Shown: in pieces, positions 25,397 through 33,603 of the stretch
How positions within the stretch are numbered: the stretch's first letter is position 1
How the letters are laid out: each line of letters begins with the position of its first letter
Origin: an uncultured Muribaculaceae bacterium
GTDB lineage: Bacteria > Bacillota_I > Bacilli_A > RF39 > UBA660
Length of the DNA: 64,000 bases
NCBI GenBank assembly: GCA_964650315.1
Contig: CAZYQE010000005.1
Location: 23,076 to 87,075 of the forward strand
Direction: 5' to 3'
The notes under the pieces: model-generated
Database searches by the model: none
The model's input: the letters and a program-made list of their open reading frames with translations, nothing else
What the model was told of the DNA's origin: nothing
Program-made: the position numbers and the translations under genes

Positions 25397-26204
25397 TTTC
25401 TACATCACCTTTCAACTTTCTTTCAATTTTTTTATATTTATTTGATTTATTAACACTATAATTAGTATATCTTTCTCCTTTTCTAACTAATCTAGCACTA
25501 ACAACAAATTCACGCTCATCATCTGTACCAAACATTCTAGTACATGTAATTAAAGAAATAATTTTATCATTTTCGTTAACATCTACACCAAAATCATAAA
25601 TACTTTTTTTCTTTAATTTTTCTATATACTTTTGAAGTTGTTTTTTTGAATAATTACCATTATTATTAACATCTAAGTTATATTGATAATCAAAACCTAC
25701 TGCAAAAATTTTATAAACATAATCTTTACCGCCTATAGTATACTGTATATATTTATTATCTTTAATAAAATTATAATATACAAATGACATCAAATCATCA
25801 AATCTTGAAAATTCTTTCAACCCTACTTCTGGTTTAGCAGATAGATTTAATAAATTATGTCCCATTATACTAACTTTATTAAACAACTTTTCTTCTTTAT
25901 TTAAATTCCACAAATAATTGTTTTTGCTAGCCATAGAATTCTCATCATCATCTAAATATGTAATTATAGGTGTATCTATATTAGTTCCCTGAACTCTAAG
26001 CCATCCAATAGTTTTAAAATTATTACTATTATCTTTCTTTTTCTCTTCACTAATATTTTTAACTCTATTACTTTTCTCATAAATAACTTCTTTAGAAGAT
26101 TCAAGTATAAAAGTTACACCTATAACAGAAAGAATTAAAAGTATAATTATTAAAATAATAACCATAACTTTTAATTTCTTTGTTTTTTTATTCTTAATGA
26201 GCAT
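25383..26204 (-). CDS. srtB: class B-like sortase
   Basis: 273 aa with an N-terminal TM anchor and GWLRVQGTNIDTPIITY. The catalytic residues appear in the order IMGHN (His), ISLITCTR (TLxTC Cys) and VVSARLV (Arg), as in SrtB. Confidence 0.85.
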   Translation of the reverse strand: MLIKNKKTKKLKVMVIILIIILLILSVIGVTFILESSKEVIYEKSNRVKNISEEKKKDNSNNFKTIGWLRVQGTNIDTPIITYLDDDENSMASKNNYLWNLNKEEKLFNKVSIMGHNLLNLSAKPEVGLKEFSRFDDLMSFVYYNFIKDNKYIQYTIGGKDYVYKIFAVGFDYQYNLDVNNNGNYSKKQLQKYIEKLKKKSIYDFGVDVNENDKIISLITCTRMFGTDDEREFVVSARLVRKGERYTNYSVNKSNKYKKIERKLKGDVENEKV

Positions 26205-26235
26205 ACAAACATCACCCCAATTTGTTTTATAAAAA

Positions 26236-28041
26236 TTATTTAGTTATTGTATATGGATTATCTAATGTTCCTTTACCACTAACAATTTTTATATTTTTAT
26301 TTAAGTGTCCAACCAATCTAATTCCAAATTGATCATAATCACCGATATCTTCATTTAGTGGAACACCAACATCTGCCATAGCAGCTTTTATATTTTTGTT
26401 CTTAGATGAATTTCTAAACCAATATGATTCCATCTCTTCTTCTAAAAATTCACCTGCACTAAACATTTCATACATATCTGGTGCTGCAAAAGTAACATTA
26501 TATCTCTTTGTATCCACTTCTTTTTTATAAGCTATTTTATTTTTATAAATAGGAACTTCTATTTCGTGTTTTACAAAATATTTGTTTTTAACATATCTAC
26601 TAGTTTTATTATTGATAAAGTATCCTATATTTCCTTTTTGGTTTGGATTATATAATTTTGATTCACTGTTTGTATCATAGAAAGTTGTAACTGACTCTCC
26701 ACCACTCTTTAAATTGTTATTAGCAATCACCTTAACAGTACTATCATCTGCAACATCAATGATTCTCCATAGATAACCAGAATATTTAACATATTCTCCA
26801 GTATATCTAGTATTTAAGTAATCACCACTTCTAGCTTTTTTAATATCTCCTATTGAATATGGTTTTTCAGAAGTACCATCTCCACCTTTAATTAATGTAG
26901 AACCCTTAATTGTTAAAACAGGTCTAATACCATAATTATATTTATTAGGGAATTTAGCGACTGTTTTACCATATTCTTCTCCTAAGAAATTATCCCTTGT
27001 AGTATATGATTCTTTATTATCATATTTATTAGCTGTCCATGATACTGAAGATGATTTCAAAAAGCTTTCTTTATTTTCTAAACTTTTATTAATTTCATCT
27101 GTAGAAACTACATATGCTTTTTTCTTTCCTGTATATGAATCACACTTTACAGTATTTGTTTTACTATCAGTTAATTTCATATTACAGTAATTATTTTCAA
27201 CTATATATTCTTTAGATTTCTCACTTAAATGTTCATAGTAATAGTCTAACCATTTATCTATACCATTGTAATTAATATTACTTATATCTTGATCAGCTAT
27301 TACCTTAACATTCTTACCAGAATTACCAATTATTCTAAATAGCATCCCAGAAAAATAAATGTAATTAGCAGGATCTTCTCCTTGGTAGTATCCTAAATCA
27401 TCAGTATCATTCTTAACTACATTTTTTAATTTAGATACAACTTTTACTGTTCTAGTCTTAACAGTTTTATTTCCAAAACTATCAACAGCAGTATAAGTAA
27501 CATCATAATTACCAACTTTTTTAGTATTTACTTGTTTAGAATTAATAGCGACATTATCTTTACTCATAGTTCCATCTGTATTATCTTTAACAGACTTAAC
27601 ACCAAATTCAATATAGTCATCACCTTTATCTACAGAAATAACATCATCACCTTTTAATGTTATTTCTGGTCCTTTATGATCAACTAATGAATTCATAACA
27701 CCACATTTTAAATAAACATAATATTTATCTTCACCATCTTTTCGTTTAACTTTAACCCAACTATCTGTAACTGAACATGATTTATTAGTTATAGGCACTT
27801 CTAAATCATCTTTCAAAAATGATTTTGTATAAAGTGTTTGTAAAGAAACAGTACCTACTCTATTTCCAGTAGGACGTAAATTTTGATTTACTTCAAAATA
27901 TCTTTTAGCTGCCTTTAACATCTTACTTTCATTTGATTTAAATTTAATTATTGGTCCTAATATTAAAAACCAAACAAATAATAATACAACTAATAAAACA
28001 CCAACTCTTTTAACTAACTTAATTATTCTTTCTTTTTCCAT
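26236..28041 (-). CDS. membrane-anchored surface protein: Ig-like (DUF5011-type) domain + two copies of the module also found in ORF 4690-5979
   Basis: 601 aa with an N-terminal TM. The Ig-like stretch is PEITLKGDDVISVDKGDDYIEFGVKSVKDNTDG...VGNYDVTYTAVDSFGNKTVKTRTVKVV. Module copy 1 runs MLFRIIGNSGKNVKVIADQ ... IRPVLTIKGSTLIKGGDGTSEKPYSIG. Module copy 2 runs YLWRIIDVADDSTVKVIANN ... IRLVGHLNKNIKIVSGKGTLDNPYTITK. Confidence 0.6.
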   Translation of the reverse strand: MEKERIIKLVKRVGVLLVVLLFVWFLILGPIIKFKSNESKMLKAAKRYFEVNQNLRPTGNRVGTVSLQTLYTKSFLKDDLEVPITNKSCSVTDSWVKVKRKDGEDKYYVYLKCGVMNSLVDHKGPEITLKGDDVISVDKGDDYIEFGVKSVKDNTDGTMSKDNVAINSKQVNTKKVGNYDVTYTAVDSFGNKTVKTRTVKVVSKLKNVVKNDTDDLGYYQGEDPANYIYFSGMLFRIIGNSGKNVKVIADQDISNINYNGIDKWLDYYYEHLSEKSKEYIVENNYCNMKLTDSKTNTVKCDSYTGKKKAYVVSTDEINKSLENKESFLKSSSVSWTANKYDNKESYTTRDNFLGEEYGKTVAKFPNKYNYGIRPVLTIKGSTLIKGGDGTSEKPYSIGDIKKARSGDYLNTRYTGEYVKYSGYLWRIIDVADDSTVKVIANNNLKSGGESVTTFYDTNSESKLYNPNQKGNIGYFINNKTSRYVKNKYFVKHEIEVPIYKNKIAYKKEVDTKRYNVTFAAPDMYEMFSAGEFLEEEMESYWFRNSSKNKNIKAAMADVGVPLNEDIGDYDQFGIRLVGHLNKNIKIVSGKGTLDNPYTITK

Positions 28042-28050
28042 AATATTCTC

Positions 28051-29601
28051 CTATTTAATTTTTAATGTATATTGTCTATTACGAACCACATATACAAGAT
28101 TAACTTTTTCTGCATTTAGAACTTCAGACGGTACTTTAAAATAAATATACTGTCCCATATATTTTCTACCGACTGCATCCTTTACTTTCACACTTCTAGT
28201 CTTATTATTATCTATATAATATATTTTACCATATTTACTAGAAAAGTCAATGAAATCTTTACCCTCAAAGACATCAGATAAAAATTCAATTTCTACGATT
28301 TTTTCAGTTGAATTTACATTTATAGTACCAACTTCTGAAGCACAACTATCTTCATCATCACACTCTTCATAAGAATACTCAGCACTATCAACTATATCAA
28401 TAGATTCTACATTAAGATCTTTCTTCTTACTTCCCTCTTGAATATTTGTTTTTTTACCTATCTTTATATTATTTTTTTCTATTATTTTAGATACATCTTC
28501 TATATTAAGTTTAATCTTTCTTATAAAAGGTTCCCCATTAATATATTCCTGGTATCCCAAAACAAATCCATTCTTATCTAATTTTTTATCTACTTTAAAT
28601 ACTAATATTAAATCTACTTTTTCATCTTGTTTAATATCTTTAGAATTAGATGTTTCACCTAAATCATCAAAATCTGTACCATAAGTTCTAACAGTATATC
28701 CATAATTCTTTATACCATTCATAATATGATATCTACTTAAATCAAGCTTTCTCTTTAATGCATTATTTTTAATACTTAAATCAACTATTACAAAATTACT
28801 ACTATCAGAAATAATATCTCCTTTATAATCTTTATCAGTATAATAACTATTATTAACAATTACAGTATAACCATCAATATCAAAACTACTACCCTGTTTA
28901 AAAGATCTATGTACTATAAAAACATTATAGATAGTATACCCAATAACTATAATCAAAAATGCACTAATGGTAGTTCTAATTAAATATTTATGTTCTTCAT
29001 ATACATAACCAGCATTTCTTTTAAATTTTTTATACCCACTAATAAATGAATGTTTATCAACATTAATATTAATTTCAAATTCATCTCTATCATCAGAATC
29101 TAATTCTAGATATTCTTGATCCATCTTAAAATTAAAATTATTAATATCTATACCAAAAATTCTAATTAATAATATTATAAATACTGGATATTGTCCTAAA
29201 GAAGAAATAAGCAATAAATCTCTAACAGCTCTAACACCTGTAGTTCCATCACCCAGATAAGTCGCAAAAAAATTAGTAGTAATAATAAATACAATAAACA
29301 TAAACACATATACAACTACTGGAATTAAATATAATTTCCATGGCTTGTTTTTACGTTTCAATAAAACCACTAAAGTAATAAATAAAGCTATAACTATTAA
29401 TAAAGCTAATATTACAAAAATATTTATATGTCTACTAATTGGTTCATTATACATATCATATGTTCCAAAATTCAAAAATTCTGTTACAAATAATCTAGTT
29501 TGAGAATTCTTATAGAATATATAAGCGCACAAAAATAACATAAAGATATGTATCTTTCTAAAGTTCTTCACTAAAAATGCATATGGTTTTCTAAAAATCA
29601 T
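28051..29601 (-). CDS. polytopic membrane protein with extracellular beta-rich (DUF4352-like) domain; first gene of the array
   Basis: I prefer the start at 29601 (SD GAAGGTG 6 nt upstream) over the track start at 29658. It has ~5 N-terminal TM helices plus one more TM. The ectodomain contains FVIVDLSIKNN...VDLILVFKV, reminiscent of DUF4352-type sandwich domains. Confidence 0.5.
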   Translation of the reverse strand: MIFRKPYAFLVKNFRKIHIFMLFLCAYIFYKNSQTRLFVTEFLNFGTYDMYNEPISRHINIFVILALLIVIALFITLVVLLKRKNKPWKLYLIPVVVYVFMFIVFIITTNFFATYLGDGTTGVRAVRDLLLISSLGQYPVFIILLIRIFGIDINNFNFKMDQEYLELDSDDRDEFEININVDKHSFISGYKKFKRNAGYVYEEHKYLIRTTISAFLIIVIGYTIYNVFIVHRSFKQGSSFDIDGYTVIVNNSYYTDKDYKGDIISDSSNFVIVDLSIKNNALKRKLDLSRYHIMNGIKNYGYTVRTYGTDFDDLGETSNSKDIKQDEKVDLILVFKVDKKLDKNGFVLGYQEYINGEPFIRKIKLNIEDVSKIIEKNNIKIGKKTNIQEGSKKKDLNVESIDIVDSAEYSYEECDDEDSCASEVGTINVNSTEKIVEIEFLSDVFEGKDFIDFSSKYGKIYYIDNNKTRSVKVKDAVGRKYMGQYIYFKVPSEVLNAEKVNLVYVVRNRQYTLKIK

Positions 29602-29654
29602 ATAAACACCTTCTATCCTATAATAGATTATAACGTAAAACACAAAAAAAGAAA

Positions 29655-29684
29655 ACAAAAAAAATAATCTTTTCAGATTATTTT
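29655..29684 (-). terminator. rho-independent terminator of greA (upstream boundary of the array)
   Basis: Minus strand: AAATAATCT-GAAA-AGATTATTT followed by TTTTT. The greA stop codon lies within the 5' arm of the stem. Confidence 0.65.
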
Positions 29685-30148
29685 ATTTCTATAATTTCTA
29701 CTTCATAATTACCATTAGGACTATCTACTGTTACAGTATCTCCTACTTTATGATCAAATAATGCTTGCGCAATTGGACTTTCATTAGAAATTCTACTTTC
29801 AAATGGATCTGCTTCTTGAGAACCAACAATCTTATATTCATCTTCTTCATCATCTTCAACATACTTGATTGAAACAGTATTACCAATACCTACTTTATCA
29901 GTAGATACTTCTTCTATGATAGAAGCTTTCTCTAACATTTTTTCTAATTGCTGAATTCTACCCTCTATTTGCGCTTGTTCATCACGAGCTGCATCATACT
30001 CAGCGTTTTCAGATAAATCACCTAAAGAACGCGCTTCTTTTATAGCTTGTATATTTTCAGGACGTTTAACATTTATTAAATCATCCAACTCTTTCTTTAA
30101 TTCATCCAAACCCTCTTGTGTTAAATAAACAACATCTTTATTTTTCAT
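29678..30148 (-). CDS. greA: transcription elongation factor GreA
   Basis: The sequence LTQEGLDELKKELDDL...KRPENIQAIKEARSLGDLSENAEYDAARDEQAQIEGRI is canonical GreA. The start at 30148 follows the SD GAGGTG; the track start at 30169 adds 7 aa with no SD. Confidence 0.92.
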   Translation of the reverse strand: MKNKDVVYLTQEGLDELKKELDDLINVKRPENIQAIKEARSLGDLSENAEYDAARDEQAQIEGRIQQLEKMLEKASIIEEVSTDKVGIGNTVSIKYVEDDEEDEYKIVGSQEADPFESRISNESPIAQALFDHKVGDTVTVDSPNGNYEVEIIEIK

Positions 30149-30219
30149 ATAAATCACCTCGTATTTCAATCATAACTTTCAAAAGTATAACATATAAAAA
30201 ATTATTTAGCAATATTTTT

Positions 30220-30855
30220 TTATTTAGTTTTAACAAACCCTATATTCTTTTCTCTATCGATATTTTTTACAAAATATTCTAGATCTTCAAGACTATATTC
30301 TTCAATTCTATTAGCGTTAGGAACATCTTTACCATCTACTTTAGTTATTAAAAGATCATACTCTTCTGCTTCAGCAGCAAAATCATCATCTGATAAAGCT
30401 AAAGCATTAGGATATTTTTCAAGATGTTTTAAATCATCCATATTCTTAGAAATAATTTCTGCTTTTTCAATTTCTTTTACATCTTTATTTCTACTTCTAG
30501 CATTTATTCCAGCATAAACTACTACTCCTAAAGAAACTACTCCAGCAAAGAATACTACTTTATTATGAGTAAAAATTGATGCTGTTCCTACAACAGCACC
30601 AGCTGTAGTAATAACTCTAGAAATATCTCTTTTTAACTTATACTTAGCTTTATTTTTTATACCATAATTTAATTGATCATTCATCTTCTTGTTTAACTTT
30701 TCAATATTTTCTTCATTACTCTCTATTTGATCAAATTTTGTAGGTCTTTCAAACTTCCCATTTGAAACATAACTACAAATACTTTCCCCATCGTTAGTAT
30801 AACCAAGTATATAGCTATCTTTCTTCTTATCATTTCCTAATCTATAATCTCTCAT
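30220..30855 (-). CDS. hypothetical membrane protein
   Basis: ~211 aa with the start after SD GGGGGAG. A central pair of TM helices is present (VITTAGAVVGTASIF / FFAGVVSLGVVVYAGI). No family was recognised. Confidence 0.45.
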   Translation of the reverse strand: MRDYRLGNDKKKDSYILGYTNDGESICSYVSNGKFERPTKFDQIESNEENIEKLNKKMNDQLNYGIKNKAKYKLKRDISRVITTAGAVVGTASIFTHNKVVFFAGVVSLGVVVYAGINARSRNKDVKEIEKAEIISKNMDDLKHLEKYPNALALSDDDFAAEAEEYDLLITKVDGKDVPNANRIEEYSLEDLEYFVKNIDREKNIGFVKTK

Positions 30856-30900
30856 AATTTCTCCCCCTGTCAAAAATTAATATCAAGATTATACCACAAA

Positions 30901-32040
30901 TTAGTTATTTTTGCAAGCTTTTTTGACTTCATTTAAGAAGAAATCATCAGTCATCCCCGCAATAAAATCAATAACGATTCTCTTATTAGAATTATTATTA
31001 ATATAATTATCACTCTTATTATTTAAAAACATTCTATATATTAAACTATCTTTATTGTTACTATCTAAATCTTTTAAATAATTATTAAATATCATATTCA
31101 TACCATTTCTATAATATTCTAATTCTTTATCACTAATACTTTTCGAATATATATTTTCATAATTAAACTTCTTTAAATCAAATAAAGCTTTATATATATC
31201 TTCACTCATCATAATATAATCTTTATCCATACTATTTTCTATAATATCTAAGATAATACTATTAACTATATCTTTATTAGTATCACCTAATACTTTTACT
31301 ATTTCATTAGGTACTAAAGATCTTTTCATATCACCTAAAACAATAGCATCTTCTATATCTCTACCAATATAAGCAATAACATCACTTATTCTAACTACAC
31401 AGCCTTCTAATGTCATAGGTCTATATTTCTTAAAACTTTCTTTATCAGTATAACTTTCTTTGTATTCACGTAATACTTCATCTTTATCTTTTTTCATTAC
31501 TTCATATTTATTAGATAACATTTCTCCATTATGACACATAATACCATCTAGTGTTTGAACACATAAATTTAGACCATTACCACCATTTTCTACTTCCATA
31601 AAATCTCTAACACTTTGAATATTATGCATAAAGTTTTCGTCTAGTTCTCTTTTAGAAATTTCATCTAATAAATATTCTCCAGTATGACCTAATGGAGTAT
31701 GCCCAATATCATGACCTAAAGCAATCGCTTCTATCAAATCACAATTTAGTCTTAAAGCTCTACCAATAGTTCTAGATATTTTACTAACTAATTGTACATG
31801 AATAATTCTTTTAGAAATATGATCATTTTCTTTAAAAGAATAAACTTGTGTTTTATCTGAATATCTTGTGTAACTAAGAGAATGTATTATCTTATCTACA
31901 TCCCTAAAAAAAGCAGGTCTAATATCATCAACAATTTCATTATATCTTACTGCTTCACTACTCTTAGTAGCATAATCACTTAAAAATTTTTCACTAAGTA
32001 AAAAATTATCTTTTGCTTTAGATAATTTCATATTAATCAA
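30901..32040 (-). CDS. HD-domain dNTP triphosphohydrolase-like protein (dGTPase family)
   Basis: 379 aa with HVQLVSKISRTIG...ALGHDIGHTPLGHTGE and RISDVIAYIGRDIEDA, the typical dGTPase-family HD motifs. Confidence 0.8.
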   Translation of the reverse strand: MINMKLSKAKDNFLLSEKFLSDYATKSSEAVRYNEIVDDIRPAFFRDVDKIIHSLSYTRYSDKTQVYSFKENDHISKRIIHVQLVSKISRTIGRALRLNCDLIEAIALGHDIGHTPLGHTGEYLLDEISKRELDENFMHNIQSVRDFMEVENGGNGLNLCVQTLDGIMCHNGEMLSNKYEVMKKDKDEVLREYKESYTDKESFKKYRPMTLEGCVVRISDVIAYIGRDIEDAIVLGDMKRSLVPNEIVKVLGDTNKDIVNSIILDIIENSMDKDYIMMSEDIYKALFDLKKFNYENIYSKSISDKELEYYRNGMNMIFNNYLKDLDSNNKDSLIYRMFLNNKSDNYINNNSNKRIVIDFIAGMTDDFFLNEVKKACKNN

Positions 32041-32386
32041 TCTCCTTTTTCATAACTTTTTCTTCTTTAGGAGAAGAAATATATTTATTAAAGGCAGACT
32101 CTTCAAAAGAATCAACATAATACTTCATCATATTATCACTAAACTTACGTCTGTTCTCTTTTTTGATATCACTTTTAAATACAATTAAATTTGTATCATC
32201 ACTTATTTTTTTATCATCCATAGAATCTACAAAAGCTAAAGGCTCTCCTGTACAAAATTCATTTACTTTATTAAAAGATATACCTTCAGGTAATACATTA
32301 ATAATAACATTATCTAAAAAACTAATTAAATCGACACCATTAACATTCATCTTTTTATAAACTTTTACTTTATATAAATTAAACAT
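32033..32386 (-). CDS. hypothetical protein
   Basis: 117-aa ORF whose end overlaps the HD-domain gene start by 8 nt. No motif was recognised. Confidence 0.4.
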   Translation of the reverse strand: MFNLYKVKVYKKMNVNGVDLISFLDNVIINVLPEGISFNKVNEFCTGEPLAFVDSMDDKKISDDTNLIVFKSDIKKENRRKFSDNMMKYYVDSFEESAFNKYISSPKEEKVMKKEID

Positions 32387-32400
32387 AATATCACTTCTTT

Positions 32401-33603
32401 CTAATCTTTAACTTCATAATCGCTTTTATATATTAATCTTATCATAGAATAAGTATCAATTACTAGGTCTGTATCTAAATAAATATAATAAATATTATCT
32501 GGATGTCTCGCAACATCAATTTCTTCCATATCTTCTGTATATATTTTGTCTATAGAAAAAACAATATTATCTCCTTTAGGAGTAAATAATTCTACTTTAT
32601 CTTCTAATTTAAAATAATTTCTTTCATATATTTTTAATAATTTATTCTTCTTATCATAAGAAATTACTTGTCCTAAATAATCTTGATTAGATTCTTCTTT
32701 TCTACCAGTATAATATTGATCGGTATAATCTGCTTCTTTTAAGAAATATTGAGAACTAACTTCTCTATTAGCTACTCTACTTAATCTTTCTTCATAAATA
32801 TTTAATTTTTCTTCAGTTAAATTATTATCATAATAATCATCTATTATCTTACGATAAGTACCAATTACGGTAGCTAGATAGTATAAAGATCTCATCCTTC
32901 CTTCTACTTTTAAACTAACTACTCCAATATCTATTAAATCACTAATATATCTAGCCATATTTAAATCTTTAGTAGCCATAGTAAACTCTTTATTATCTTT
33001 ATTAATAAAACTAAATCTACATACTTGAGCACATCCACCCCTATTAGCATCTCTATTAGTTACATAGTTAGATAGTGCACATCGACCACTAAAACAAGTA
33101 CACATAGCTCCATGTATAAATACTTCTATATCTACCCCAACTTTATCTATAATTTCTTTTATTTCAGACTTAGAAAGTTCACGAGCAAGTACTACTCTAT
33201 CAATACCTTCATCTTTAAAATATTTAACTGTCTCATAATTAGTAGTAGAGTTCTGTGTAGATAAATGAACCTCTACATCAAAATTTTCTTTTATATAAGA
33301 AATAATACATGGATCGCTTACTATAAAAGCATCTATTCCAGCATCCACTACTTCTTTTATATAATCTTCTACTTCATCTATATCTTCATTATGAAATACT
33401 ATATTTAATGTTAAATAAACTTTCTTATTAAGTTTATGAGCAAACTTACATCCTTCTTTAATTTCATCAATACTAAAATTAGTGGCATTGGCACGCAATC
33501 CAAATCTTTCTCCACCTATATATACTGCATCTGCACCATATAATAAAGTAACTTTTAATCTCTCTAAGTTTCCTGCAGGAGATAACAACTCTACTTTTTT
33601 CAT
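32401..33603 (-). CDS. trhP2: peptidase U32 family protein (YrrO/TrhP-like, tRNA ho5U-related)
   Basis: 400 aa with ELLSPAGNLERLK...GADAVYIGG and the U32 signature FIHGAMCTCFSGRCALSNY. Its position matches B. subtilis yrrO in the yrrM-N-O block. The gene symbol is assigned by synteny only. Confidence 0.8.
   Translation of the reverse strand: MKKVELLSPAGNLERLKVTLLYGADAVYIGGERFGLRANATNFSIDEIKEGCKFAHKLNKKVYLTLNIVFHNEDIDEVEDYIKEVVDAGIDAFIVSDPCIISYIKENFDVEVHLSTQNSTTNYETVKYFKDEGIDRVVLARELSKSEIKEIIDKVGVDIEVFIHGAMCTCFSGRCALSNYVTNRDANRGGCAQVCRFSFINKDNKEFTMATKDLNMARYISDLIDIGVVSLKVEGRMRSLYYLATVIGTYRKIIDDYYDNNLTEEKLNIYEERLSRVANREVSSQYFLKEADYTDQYYTGRKEESNQDYLGQVISYDKKNKLLKIYERNYFKLEDKVELFTPKGDNIVFSIDKIYTEDMEEIDVARHPDNIYYIYLDTDLVIDTYSMIRLIYKSDYEVKD

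Noticed and set aside
26236-26262. The C-terminal ...LDNPYTITK of the 601-aa protein as an SrtB-type (NPxT) sorting signal.
   Set aside because: No hydrophobic segment or basic tail follows it. The same G.GT...PY.I ending recurs at the internal repeat boundary and in the 429-aa protein. It is therefore a structural feature of the module, not a sorting signal.
28051-29601. The polytopic membrane protein as the missing prepilin peptidase.
   Set aside because: The only Asp-containing candidate (YLGDGTTGV) does not match the paired-Asp GxGD-type motifs of A24 peptidases, and the large ectodomain is not expected for that family.
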